DNA of 64,000 bases from the human T2T-CHM13v2.0 reference genome, Homo sapiens, in assembly GCF_009914755.1 (NCBI RefSeq), contig NC_060930.1; one strand, given 5' to 3'. The position numbers were made by a program, and so were the translations under genes. The notes beneath the pieces were generated by a model. That model worked only from the letters and a program-made list of their open reading frames with translations, was not told where the DNA came from and made no database searches. This document shows positions 1 through 12,807 of the stretch, in pieces; position 1 is the stretch's first letter; every line of letters begins with the position of its first letter.

Positions 1-1980
1 TCATTCAAGACTGGGTGAATGCCCCTCGGTGTGGGCTTCTACCAGGGGAAGTGTTTTACAGATCAGAGCATGCTGTTACACAGAATTAGAGCACTTCTTC
101 ACACTGATGAGATGGGCATGACACAATGGCCATGATTAACTCAACTTCATTTACTTTTCATGATGTTAATTTTCAATAACACATTCTTCACATACAAGTC
201 ACACCCAGGACCTCCCACCTCCATTGATTTCATCTGGAACTTTGTAGATACTGCTGTGGTCTCTGTGCAGCAAGCTGAATAAGTATTTCTGCCTTAATGG
301 ATAATTCTTGTTATCTTTTCCAAACACCTGGAATACAGTCTTCAAACATTTAAGGATTAGAGCAGCTTGGAGGCAGTGATCAGTGATTAATCAGCTAATT
401 CCCTCCACAGGCGGAGATAATAAGTGATAAGAGCTCCTCAGCCCAAGGAAACTGGGATGTGACCTCTCCTCTCACTCCAGGAATTACCAAGATAGGCTTT
501 CTTCCTCTTTCGTCCTGACATTTACTTTCTTTTCTCTTTTCCTTTACCCATCTCTGACTTTTTCCAGATATCTTTTCTATTTCTAATTACCTCTTTCTCC
601 CCTCCCCATTTATTTTTGCCTTCCTTTCGCTTTTCTTCTTTCCCCCTCACTGTCCTTTCTGTATCCCCTCCAGGGTATTTATAGCTCTAAAAAAATACAG
701 TAATTACTCCCAAACACAAGTTCCTGCCATACATATTCTAGGTCAGTGTTTTTCGGACAATTCTGAAAATTAGTTGTGAAATTAATTTAGTAGGCCTATG
801 CAGTGAAATGAAATAGCACTGAACTGAATATAAAGTATGACCACAAGGCACATATTATGAATAAGTCTTGTTTCATGAAACTTGTGTTTCTGTGCAAAAG
901 TTTAGCATGTGTGTACCAGTTTGCCATGCAACATGTATTTCTTACTGTGAGTGACTTCACTGTTTGGATTTATATGAATGCATCTCTTCTGGATCCACAA
1001 GAATTAGAAAACTTAGCTCTGTTCCTGGCATCTAGGCACTTATTGTTTGTTGAATGAATGAAAGACATGTGAATGACTCCTGTTGGGGATAATTAGAAAA
1101 AGAGAAGAGGAGTAAGTGGTTTCTGTGATACATCCATAGTGGATAAAATAAATGCAGGCCTTGGAAAATAGGCTTCCATTATTTCCAGTGAATTGGGAGC
1201 TGGGATAAGCATGTGAGGGAAGAAAATAGTAAGAAGCTCCCAGCTGAAAGTCAAAATGAAAAAACCTTTTTTTTTGTTTTGTTTTTACAATTTAACATAT
1301 TGCCCGTTTTATTTTGGTGAGTACAAAGCATATCACGAACGAGAGCTTTCATGGGCTCATGTCAGAGCTTAGGTACCCCCTTCACATGGGGAGATGGTCC
1401 TGTTGCACCACTTTTGGAAAACCATACATAATTCTGTGTGTTTAATCCAAGGGACAGGTAGAAACAAGATCAGGAAGAGATGCTAAGGGAGAGAGTATTG
1501 CCTTTATCCTAAAAGCTCTGTTCTAATCAGGGGAGCGATAGGCTTACATTTGCGTTTTGGAAAGGTCACTCTGGAAGTAGTGTGGAGAGTGGATTAGAGG
1601 CAGGGCGATAAACAACATATCTGTTGGAAACATCAGGACAAGAAAGTGATTGGAGTCTGCTGTTGGCAGTTGAAATAGAGATGGGGTATTCTTTTACAAA
1701 GGTAGAATCTGTAAGTCTTCTCAAAACTTGTTAGTGGATTGGGTTTCAGGAATATTTGAGAGGCCAGGGGTTTTATAGCTTGGTTGACCAGCTATAGTGG
1801 CAAGTTGCCAGGATAGCAAATATACAACAAGGGCAAGTTTGGGGGCTAAGGTAGTGAGTTTCAGACAATAATGGGAAACCTAAGATGATATGTCTGGGCC
1901 TCAAGTGGTTTTAGATTAGAGAGATTCAATAATTTGGGTTTTCTCGGCTATTGATTTAAAAAGCAAGTAAGTTAAATTTC

Positions 1981-2305
1981 TTTTTTCTTTTTTTTTTATT
2001 ATACTTTAAGTTCTAGGGTACATGTGCACAACGTGCAGGTTTGTTACATATGTATACATGTGCCATGTTGGTGTGCTGCACCCATTGACTCATCATTTAC
2101 ATTAGGTATATCTCCTAATGCTAGCCTTCCCCCCTCCCCCCACCCCACAACAGTCCCCAGTGTGTGATGTTCCCCTTCCTGTGTCCAAGTGTTCTCATTG
2201 TTCAATTCCCACCTATGAGTGAGAACATGCTGTGTTTGATAGTTCATGTCCTTTGTAGGGACATGGATGAAGCTGGAAACCATCATTCTCAGCAAACTAT
2301 CGCAA
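1981..2305 (-). mobile_element. Short L1PA 3' end with 5' inversion
   Basis: Poly-T plus antisense L1PA 3' UTR to ~2240, then sense L1 segment 2241-2305; TSD aagttaaatttcttt at 1969-1983 and 2304-2318. Confidence 0.85.
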
Positions 2306-4988
2306 GTTAAATTTCTTTAACTTTCTCTAAACTAAAGGGGCCCAAGTTAAATAGATTATTTATATGTGGTTTAAACATTTTCTAAGGATTCTTGTCAGAT
2401 TAAAGGGAAAACATTCTTTAATGACTGATAGAGATGAAGACTTTATGGTTTTTAATGTATTTTTGTCTCATAAGACACTCTTACCTTTTACATGAGCAAG
2501 CAGGTTAATCTGGGGGAGCAGATTTGGATATCTGATGTGGTCATATGAGGGGTATTACTCATTGGTTTTCCTTGCTCTGTATACAAGAACCACATTTTTT
2601 AGTGGTTTAACCTTTAATATTTTGTTAGTTTACCAAATTATCATCAGTTTTGTGTATGGAAGGTGAGTGGGAGGATTTGGGGCAGATGGAGTGATTATTG
2701 AGCCTTGTGCTGTGTCACCGTGGCTTCCTGACAACCATTCCTTTTGTACAATGAAGATGAGTGTCCAGGTATGATGTATTTATAGCCCTTGTCTTCTCTG
2801 AGCATATACTAGAAGTCTTTTCAGTTAAGATAAACTTTTGGCTGAAATACAAGAAAACACATTTCAATTTTATATTTAAATATAGTCACACTGCCCTTTG
2901 CATGTTACTCAGAACCTTAAAAAGTACAAACTTCATTAAGTCCAAATTGTGTTTAAAATTTACCAACAGATCTTTTAGTATTATATAAGCAATTTTCCAT
3001 GTTAAGTATTTTAATATTATTACTTATTTTCCTTAGGGTCTTATGAAGAAATTTGAGAAATCATACTCTGGAAATCAATTGCATTCTATTTTCATAATTA
3101 AAGATCTGCTCATATTTTATAAACACCTTTCTGCTATCCCTCCCAATTTTATGGGAACAGAAAGTCCTTGTAAATGGAACCCACTATGTGGTATTGTTAA
3201 TCTAAAACTAATATAAAGAGACTTTGAGTTCTTGAGAGCAAGGCCCATCTGTCTTTGTATCCCCAGTCCATACCGTGATACTAATAACATTAAATTATGA
3301 ATGAGGAATATTTGGCATTCAACAATTTTACCTCTTTTAGGAATTTTATGCAGTAATTGTGAGGGAGAGATGCAAGGTTTAACAAATTGGAGCAAATGAC
3401 AAGGCAGATGATAAATATTTGTAAGTTTTTACTTTACTATGGTTTATTTTCAGTTTTAGGTATAGCAGCTCAGAGTTCTGAGCAGAATCCCTTGATATTC
3501 CCAACTGACAAACTACTCCAGTCCTTATTAGTTGAGTTACACATTGTGTTAGAAGGACAGGATACAAGGGACCATGGTTTTCTGATTTTTAGATTCCCTA
3601 CTGCTACCAAATGTCTGAAGCTCTTAATGAGAGAATTTCCTCCCATAGGCAATTAGCTCTTGAAGTCCCTTGATCAACATAACTGGAGAAGAACCATGAT
3701 TTCCTGATTTGCATTTGCCTATTGTTTCCAAATACATGAAGCTCTAAAAGAGGATTTGCTTTGTTTTTATATTTAACTTACTTTTAGAATCCTATGATTT
3801 TAGAAAACTATTGTGGTTTGATCTTACTTGGAAAGAGTAGAAATTTTTATATTCTTAAAAATCTTGCCTCTCAAACCCACTTTCTGTTAACTTGCAAAAA
3901 ACTCTTTATAAGATGGTTTTACATCCATTACTAAAGGGTTGCAGTTTCTATTCCGTATGTGTGATGTCACCAAAATCCTAATTAAATCCTGAAATGTCTG
4001 AATAAAATGTATCCTGTCCTTATTCAGAAAAGTAATTGAGACCATCTTGACTTTCTTAACGATTTTGTTTTACTCTTCATGTTAAAAATGTATTAATGTC
4101 AAAATAAAATCAATTCATGCTTTTTAAGCATTGTATATCAGAGAAATGTATTAGTTTTTTTTACAATAAAACTTTTAGGTTTATTTCAAAATATAAATAA
4201 CTAAATTGGTAGCTCATTTATTATGTGACTTGAAAATACAAAAGTACATTTAATAGAGTTAGTGTGCTCAAATACATTTATTTTTGATAATAGAATAGAG
4301 CTAGGAAAATCGTTCTGATAATCTCAGAAGCTTCAGTAAATGTTTAACAGATAGAAAAAAACAAAAAATGTAATTTTAGATGTCTTTTTGACAGCTCTAC
4401 ATAAAATTATATTGAAGCTTCTTAAGCCCAGTAACTTTGTTTTGCACATGCTTATCTGTTCATTATTATTCCTATTGGCCTAAAGATTTTGCTTTTACTT
4501 GTTTTAAACAGTTTTAACTCTTCTTAGACTTTGTCATGCTATAACAGAATCAGTTACTGGTTTGTTTATAAATCATGTAGGTGATTTAATTTAGTTTATT
4601 GTTTGTTAGGTTTATTGTTCAACCTTTAATTTTATTTTTGTTTATCTGGAACCTTGGATATGTTTCCCTGCAGACCCATAATAAGAAACTCAATCGGTGT
4701 AATCTGAATTATTCACATACTTATTTATTCCCAAAGCCCCTCTATAATGACTTCTAGAGATACAAAGGGATAATCACACTTGTGTGGAGAGGTGCAAGAT
4801 GGCATTTTCAGGATGCCCCATAATGTGCACACATGTGTGCACACACGAGTGTGTGTGTGTGTGCATGTGCTTGTGTAGTGTATTAAGACTATGAAATCTG
4901 AGAACTGGAAGATGATTAGGGATCATCTGATTCCATCCTCTGATTTTATAAGGAGTCCTGGAGAGGGTCAGTAGTTCATTCAGGTTAC

Positions 4989-6310
4989 TTTTTTTTTTTT
5001 TAATTATACTTTTAAGTTCTGGGATACATGTACAGAATGCATAGGTTTGTTACATAGGTATACATGTGCCATGGTGGTTTGCTGCACCCATCAACCCATC
5101 ATCTACATTAGGTATTTCTCTTAATGCTATCCCTCCCCTAGTTCCCCAACCCGCAACAGGCCCTCCCTGTGTCCATGTGTTCTCATTGTTCAACTCCCAC
5201 TTCTGAGTGAGAACATGCAGTGTTTGGTTTTCTGTTCCTGTGTTAGTTGCTGAGAATGATTGTTTCCAGCATCATCCATGTCCCTGCAAAGGACATGAAC
5301 TCATCCTTTTTATGGCTGCATAGTATTCCATGGTGTATTTGTGCCACATTTTCTTTATCCAGTCTATCATTGATAGGCATTTGGTTTGGTTCCAAGTCTT
5401 TGCTATTGTGAATAATGTGTGCACACAATAAACATATGTGTGCATGTGTCTTTATAGTAGAATGATTTATAATCCTTTGGGTACATACCCAATAATGGGA
5501 TTGCTGGGTCAAATGGCATTTCTGGTTCTAGATTCTTGAGGAATCGTCACACGGTCTTCCACAATGGTTGAACTAATTTACACTCCCACCAACAGTGTAA
5601 AAGTGTTTCTATTTCTCCACATCTTCTCCAGCATCTGTTGTTTCCTGACTTTTAAATGATCACCATTCTAACTGGCATGAGATGGTATCTTATTGTGGTT
5701 TTTATTTGTATTTCTCTAATGACCAGTGATGATGAGCTTTTTTAATATATATTTGTTGGCCGCATAAATGTGTTCTTTTGAGAAGTGTCTGTTCATATCC
5801 TTCTCCCACTTTTTGACAGGTTTGTTTGTTTCTTGTAAATTTGTTTAAGTTCCTTGTAGATTCTGGATATTAGATCTTTGTCAGATGGATAGATTGCAAA
5901 ACTTTTCTCCCATTCTGTAGGTTGCCTGTTCACTCTGATGATAGTTTCTTTTACTGTGCAGAAGCTCTTTAGTTGAATTAGACCCCATTTGTCTATTTTG
6001 GCTTTTGTTGCCATTGCTTTTAGTGTTTTAGTCCTGAAGTGTTTGCCCATGCCTATGTTCTGAATGGTATTGCCTAGGTTTTCTTCTAGGGTTTTTATGG
6101 TTTTAGGTCTTATGTTTAAGTATTTAATCCATCTGGAGTTAATTTTTGTATAAGGTGTAAGGAAGGGGTCCAGTTTCAGTTTTCTACATATGGCTAGCCA
6201 GTTTTCCCAACACCATTTATTAAATAGGGAATCCTTTCCCCATTGCTTGTTTTGTCAGATTTGTCAAAGATTGTAGATGTGTGATGTTTTTTCTGAGGCC
6301 TCTGTTCTGA
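4989..6310 (-). mobile_element. 5'-truncated L1PA (L1PA7/8-like)
   Basis: Poly-T, antisense 3' UTR and ORF2 C-terminal remnants (ORF 5793..6050 [10 protein letters not shown]...[10 protein letters not shown]); gttactttt at both ends as TSD. Confidence 0.88.
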
Positions 6311-6565
6311 ACAGAGCAGATCAGAGTTACTTTTAAGTGGTAAAGCTGGCACTCAAATTCATTTCTTTGGGACTCAAACAGAAAGTCCAATAACACAATC
6401 TGCTGAGCCAGGCACCTGGAATTTACCCAACCTGGGCACCTACTGGGTTCAGCTAAAAGTGGAGGAGCACTCACAGGAAGCATGGAGAGTAGCAAATATC
6501 CATGTGAGCAAATGGCTAGCAGCTGTCACCAAAGGAAGAAGAGGGAAAAGATAGAAAACATAAAG

Positions 6566-7920
6566 CAAAGGTCCTCAAAAGGTGGTCTGCAAAACCCTCA
6601 AAATGTGGTCTGTAGGCCCTGGTTCCAAGACCCTTTCATTGGGTCTGTGATAGCAAGGCAGTGGCACCAAAGTATATTGGTGATCATTATTTTCTTCACT
6701 CCTACACACTCACAGCAAAAAAAAAAAAAAAAAAAAAAAAGAGAGAAGAAAGAAAAAAATGCCAGTTTTATTAAGTCATGACAAAGCAGTAAAAATTATT
6801 AAATATCAACACTTGAATGCATGTATTTTTAGTATTCTTTGTGACAAAATGGAAAATATGCATAAGGCACTTCTTGCATATCATAATACTTGTATTTCAA
6901 AGTACTATGGTTGTCTTGAGGAAAAGGACTTGTGTGGTGATTGTCTAAGTTGTGAGCTAACTCATTGCTTTTTTTTTGTGAGCTAATTGCTTTTTTCACC
7001 AAACACCAATTGAAATAATGACAGACAGACAAACTATGTTTCTTTGGGCTTGGATATTTGACAGACACTTTTTCAAAAATGAACAAAGTAAGCCTGTCAC
7101 TTCAAGAAAAACAATTTACAGTGTTTGTTACCAATGATAAAGTAGATCTTTTGAGTGAAAATTAGAATTTTTGAACACGTATATCTACCACCGTGAACAA
7201 TACTTAAGATTGTTTTATGAGATCAGTAGCAGTCTTAACAAATGTGATTTTTTTGATGTATAATCAGATATGTTACCATTTAGAAGATCTTCATATCTGG
7301 GTGAACCAGTATTTTCCAAATGATCAATATATGCTGTTAAAAACTCATGCATGGGTAAAAAGCATTCATTCCAAGTGTGACATGCATCAATGGATAAGAG
7401 AGTATGAGAAGTTCATTGATATAGTTTCAGTTCTACATTGCAACTAACCTTTAAGAAACTTGTCAAATTTTGTTGTAGTATCAAATAAAAATATTTGAAG
7501 GCTTATTTGGAAGGCTATTAAAATACTGCTTCCTTTTCTAACCACTTATCTCTGTGAGGCCATATTTTCTTCATATATGCCAACCAAAACAATGTATCAC
7601 GACAGATTCTGCAAAAGCAGATTTGAGAATCCAGTTGTCTTCTATTAAGCCAGATATAGAAAAGATTCGCAAGCTGTGAAACATTGCTTCTTTTGCCACT
7701 AAGTTTTTTGTTTTAAAAATTGTTATTTTTCATTAAGAAGTTGTTTATGCTATCATGTGTTGGGTTTGTTATTTTAATAATTATTTTTTAACTTCTGTCT
7801 TAATGTCTTATATGGTAAATATCACTAGATATAACCCATATTAACCAAAGCTAATTGGGGTCTTCAGTAATGCTTTTAAGAGTGTGAAGGGATTCTGAGA
7901 CTGAAAAGTTTGAGAACTTG
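6566..7920 (-). mobile_element. hAT-Charlie1-family DNA transposon remnant
   Basis: Right end reverse-complements to gttctcaaacttttcagtctcagaatcccttcacactcttaaaa, the Charlie1-type terminus; internal similarity to the copy at 31320-33316. Confidence 0.7.
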
Positions 7921-8124
7921 TTCGCATAGGGTAGTTGATTATTTATGTCAATATGCATTACTAAGGCAACCAGGGACGTTATTATGTTACAGCCTTGCTC
8001 AGTATTTGCCAGCAGGATGATATCTGTGACTGGTTGAAGAAATCTTATTTTCTATGATTTATGATTTTTTAAGGAATTCAGGAAGCAAATGTTCTCTTTT
8101 TAAAGGGTTCTATCAAAAACTGTC

Positions 8125-8570
8125 TGAACTTCTTAGGATGCTTTCAGCTCCAAATAACAGAACCTCTAACTCAACTGGTTTAAACAGTAAGATAATTTAT
8201 TATCTTACTTCCCTGAAAGATTGCAGATGGGCAAGCTCCAGAGCTGGTGGATTCAGGGGCTTCGTGTGATCATGAAGTGCCCAGGTTTTTCCATCTCTCT
8301 GCTCCCCCATTGTCAGTATTGCCCCATCTTCAGACCAGTAGGAAGATGGCCACAGCAGTTCCAGGTGCCACAGTCAGACACAGTAGTGCCCAGGGCAGAA
8401 GGGAAACACTGACTCTGTGTCTCCTCCTTAGGGGCAAGGAGTCCCAGAACCTGCTCAGCAAATTTCTCATGTCAAATGGCCAGGATTGGGTCACAGGCTA
8501 ACCCCTAAGTATGTTACTGCCAGGCTATGTATGGGCTGATGGTGATTGGCTTAGAATACTCATTCAGGGT
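8125..8570. mobile_element. Old ERVL-type LTR (LTR33-like)
   Basis: aggatgctttcagctccaaataacagaacc...aactcaactggtttaaac resembles the LTR33 end; boundaries approximate. Confidence 0.4.
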
Positions 8571-9884
8571 GCATGGATGTAGGGAAGTTGATCACAGTGA
8601 CTTAGTTATTAAAAACAAAATCCTTCGTACTTTTCCAGTTAACTGGAAATTCATTTGCACAGGTGCCCAAAAAGAGAGGTAGCATGAATCTGTGGAAAGA
8701 ATTCTAGGCCAGAGAATCAGGCACCCTGGGATCTGATCCCATTCCTTCCGCTGCTGAGCTGTGAGTCCTTGCCTGTCCAGGTCGTGGCTGCCTTGCTGGT
8801 GCATGGGCTAGAGCATTAGTTCTGGGATTGTCTGGTTCATTGGTTCATTTATTCCCTTGCTCACTCCTTCATTCAATAATAATTGAGTGCTCACTCAGTT
8901 GTTTAAGTCACGTGAAGGGTACAAATCAGCACTAAAATGCTGCCTGTTTAGCCACGACAGACATTCTTCCTCCTGTGCTGCATACGCATTCAAAGCCCAA
9001 TGGGAATTAAGATCCAAACTGTTTGTTCACTCATGGAATACTCATGCAATAAATTGTTTAGTGCCCTCAGCAAAGAGTCCTTGCCACAAAGCTTATTAGT
9101 GAGCAGTCCAAGTTTTCCCTCATCTTATTAAATATAAAATTTGTTTAGAAGTGAAAACAGAAAAATACGTTCTGAAAAAGGTAAGTTTTTGTCCCAGGAA
9201 AGATGCTTGTGGGCCTAGCTGTCTATAGTTGTCCCAGTTCCCTCAGTATCAGAAAGAGTATGAGGCAGAGAACCAGGCTGGTCAGAGAACAGAAAGACAG
9301 CTGTGAGAAATGAGACCACATTCTCGGAATATCCAAGGATACTCTTGTGTTGTAGTTCCCAGATAAGATGCTTAGAAAGGTTTTATTTTTTTAAAACCAA
9401 GCTGGTAAAATTTCACAGACCTTTCTCATGTGCAGTGTTGGTTAATTTTTCATGTCACGTGCAGTGCTGAGATAACTGGGAGTATTTATCTCAGAAAAGA
9501 GAATTAGGAATCATGTGATCATTCCCTCAAGTAATATTCGAATCACTGTCAAGTGAAGCAGAGCTGTTTGAGTTGCTTCAGGGACCAATAAGTGAAACAT
9601 ATAGGGAGGAAGATTTAGGGTTGCTGAAGAGGACATCTTTCTAACAACCAGAGCTATTGACAATGACCTGTAAACATTCCATGATTGAAAGTCCTGGGTA
9701 TCCATTACTCGAGTACTCAAGCAGAGGCAGATGACCTTCTATCAGCAATGTGATGGAGAGCATCTTCATTTGGTTTGAGGTTGGACAAGATGATTGGAAT
9801 AAAGGTCATTTAAAGATTCTATAATTATTATCATAGCCACAAGTCATCTAATAGTTGGAATCATTAACAGCTTGAAAGAACGTA

Positions 9885-11300
9885 GGTGATTCATTTATTC
9901 ACCAAATACCTAAGCACCTACTATGTGTCAGGCACTGTTCTAGTCACTGGGGACATAGTAGAAAACAAGACTGACAAGATTCCCCAGGGCCCTTCTGTTT
10001 TAGAGTGGGCAGACTAGTATTGACCTAATACATGTATAAGTAAGACAGTTTCATATTAGGGTAAATACCCTGAAGAACACAAAGCAGGGGAATGCGAGAG
10101 AGTGCTTGGAGCAGGTACAGGTCAGGAGCTGTTTTAAATTAGGCTTAGAGGAAAGTTTTCTCTGAGGAGTTAATGTTTAAGCTGAGAACTTAGTGAAAAA
10201 GAGCAGTCTACATGAGATGACTGGGGAAGAGTGTTTGAAGCAGAGAGAACATACACAAAAGACCAGGGCAGGAATAAACTTGGCATGTTTGAGAAGCAAG
10301 CTGATATGGTTAGGCTTTGTGTCCCTGCTCAAATCTCATCTTGAATTATAATCCCCTTGTGTCAAGGGAGAGACCAGGTGGAGGTAATTGAATCACAGGG
10401 ATGGTTTTTCCCCATGCTGTTCTCGTGATAGTGAGTGAGTTCTCTTGAGATGGTTTTATAAGGAGCTCTTCCCTTTCGCTTGTCACTTCTCCTTCCTGCC
10501 ACCTTGTGAAGAAGGTGCCTTGCTTCCCCTTTTCCATGATTGTAAATTTCCTGAGGCCTCCCTAGCCATGCTGAACTGTGAGTCAAGCAAACCCCTTTTC
10601 TCTGTAAATCAGCCAGTCTCAGGCAGTTCTTTATAGCAGTGTAAAAATGGACTAATATGCAAGCTGAAGCCTGGGTCAAAGGCACAGAGGCATGTGCTGT
10701 GGGATGGAGTGAGGCATAGGTAGGGGCCAGATCTCAGGGAACCTCTCACAGGAGCTTAGCTGTTACTCTGAACTCATCCAGAAGGTTTTAAGTAGAGAGC
10801 TGCATCTCTGATTTACATCTCTAAAAGATGACCATGGGTGCTTTCTGAATTGTAGTGGACAAGGATGTAAGCAAAGAGGGAAATAGGAGGAAACTCAAGA
10901 GGAGTTGGTTTCATGGGAGCCAAGAGAAGAAAGTGTTTCAAGAAGGAAAATGGGCAGCAGTGTTGAATACAGAAAAATGATTATTGGTTTAGGCAACAGG
11001 AAGGTTATTAATGATCCTGATGAGAGTGTTTCTGTGGGTGGTAGCCTTGCAAGCCCACTTGGAATGAATTTAGGAAAAAATGGCAAGTAAGAGAGCATCA
11101 GGAGTAGAAGCCATTCTTTCAAAAAATGTTACTATAAAGGGGTGCAGAGGAATAGGACAGTATCTGGAGGGGAATATGAACTTGAGGAATGATCGTTCCT
11201 CAGACAGGAGTTACACAGCAGATTCTCTGTATGCTGATGGCAGAGACAGATGCTGGGCACTGGACAGGGTGAATAACTGCAGGAGAGAGATCCTCGAAAA
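9885..11300 (-). mobile_element. L2 LINE remnant interrupted by THE1D
   Basis: L2 3'-end signature attcatttattcaccaaatac...cacctactatgtgtcaggcactgttctag followed by purine-rich L2 body. Confidence 0.65.
10302..10659 (+). mobile_element. THE1D solo LTR (ERVL-MaLR)
   Basis: tgatatggttaggctttgtgtcc...ggactaatatg; 5-bp TSD caagc at 10297-10301 and 10660-10664. Confidence 0.85.
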
Positions 11301-11989
11301 GGCACTGAATCATTTTGTATTCTTATGTAAATCTAGAATTTCATTATCTTTGGTGTTGATTAGTTTGTTGTAATTTTCTCATATTAAATGGAACCATATG
11401 AAATCACCAATATTTACACTTTTTACCTATAAAAGTAGCAGTTTCATATAATTCTACCTAATATTTTAACCTAGACAATTTTATATTTATAGGTCCTTTT
11501 AATTTATATACATTTTAAATTGGGAATCTCAAGCTTATCTAAAAGTTACCATTATAAAACAGAGACCATTCCCTCCCCACTGCCAATCATTTGAGAGTGA
11601 GTTTCAGGCCTGATATCCTCTCTCTCTCTACCACTTTTGTGGGTATTTTTATACATAAGAATATTCTCCTAGAAAATCACAATACAATCAGGAAAATCGG
11701 GAAATTAACCTCAGTACACTGCAACTTTCTAATCCTCAAACCCATTCAAGTTTTTGCCAGTACTCCCTAAAATGTCCTTAATTGCAAAGGGATCCAGTCC
11801 AGCATCTGATGGTGCATTTAGTTGTCATGTCTCTTTAGCCTTTTTCATTCTGGTACACTTCTCCACTCTTCCTTGATTTTTATGACCTTGACACGTTGAA
11901 GAATGCAGGCCAGTTATTTTATAGAATAGGCATTGATTTGGGTTTGTTATGATTATCTTCAGCTTATGAATCAGGGGATAACGGTGTGG

Positions 11990-12405
11990 TAGCTCACCTT
12001 CAAGTTGGCCCCACCTCCTGTTATTCATATCCTCTTGTAATCTCCTCCCACATGGTACCGGGATTGGTCTTTGTGACCACGAGCATACAGCAGAAGTGAT
12101 AAGGTTGTGAAAGTTATCTCTTGGATCACTTGCTCCAGGAAACTAGCTTCCATGTTGTGAGCAGCCATATGGATAGGCCCATAAGGAACTGATGTGTCCA
12201 GCCAACAACTAGTGAGAAATTGGAGCCTGTCAACCAAGTGAGTAAACTTGGAAGAGGATGCTCCAGCCTCCGTTAAGCCTTGAGTTGACAGTAGCTGTAA
12301 TCAACAGATTGACTGCAACCTCCTGGGACACCTGGAACCAGAACCACTAAACTAAGCCCCTCTCAGATCCCTGACCTCCAGAAACTGTGACATAATAAAT
12401 GTTGG
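11990..12405 (+). mobile_element. MLT1-family MaLR LTR inside an old L1M
   Basis: Ends with cctgacctccagaaactgtgacataataaatgttg, typical of an MLT1 3' end; boundaries approximate. Confidence 0.55.
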
Positions 12406-12516
12406 CTTAAGGTACATCACAAATACAGACAGGAATATCACAAAAGTGATGGTGAGTTCTTTTTATTGCATCCTACCATGGGCACACAAATTCAGTCTGT
12501 GCCATTACTGATGATG

Positions 12517-12807
12517 TTTATTTATTTATTTAAAGACAGTCTCGCTCTGTAACCCAGGCTGGAGTGCAGTAGTATAATCACAGAACCTTGACCTGCCCGG
12601 CTCAAGCGATACTCCCACCTCAACTTCCCAACTAGCTGGGCCCACAAGCACATGCCACCACACCCAGCTAATTTTTTAATTTTTTTTGTAGAGATGGGAG
12701 TCTCACTATATTGCCCACGCTGATTTTGAACTCCCAGACTCAAGTGACCCTCCTGCCTCAGCCTCCCAAAGTGCTGGGATTATAGGCTTGAGCCACCGTG
12801 CCTGGCC
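12517..12807 (-). mobile_element. AluJ
   Basis: Antisense Alu dimer with AluJ-type diagnostics (ctcaagcgatactccc, ttgcccacgctg). Confidence 0.88.

Noticed and set aside
496-672. Pyrimidine-rich tract as triplex DNA
   Set aside because: Interrupted low-complexity sequence with no clear mirror symmetry.
9149-9186. Cryptic micro-exon ending at AAG|GTAAGT (similar donor at ~2664)
   Set aside because: Donors are strong but upstream acceptors are weak; common by chance in long introns.
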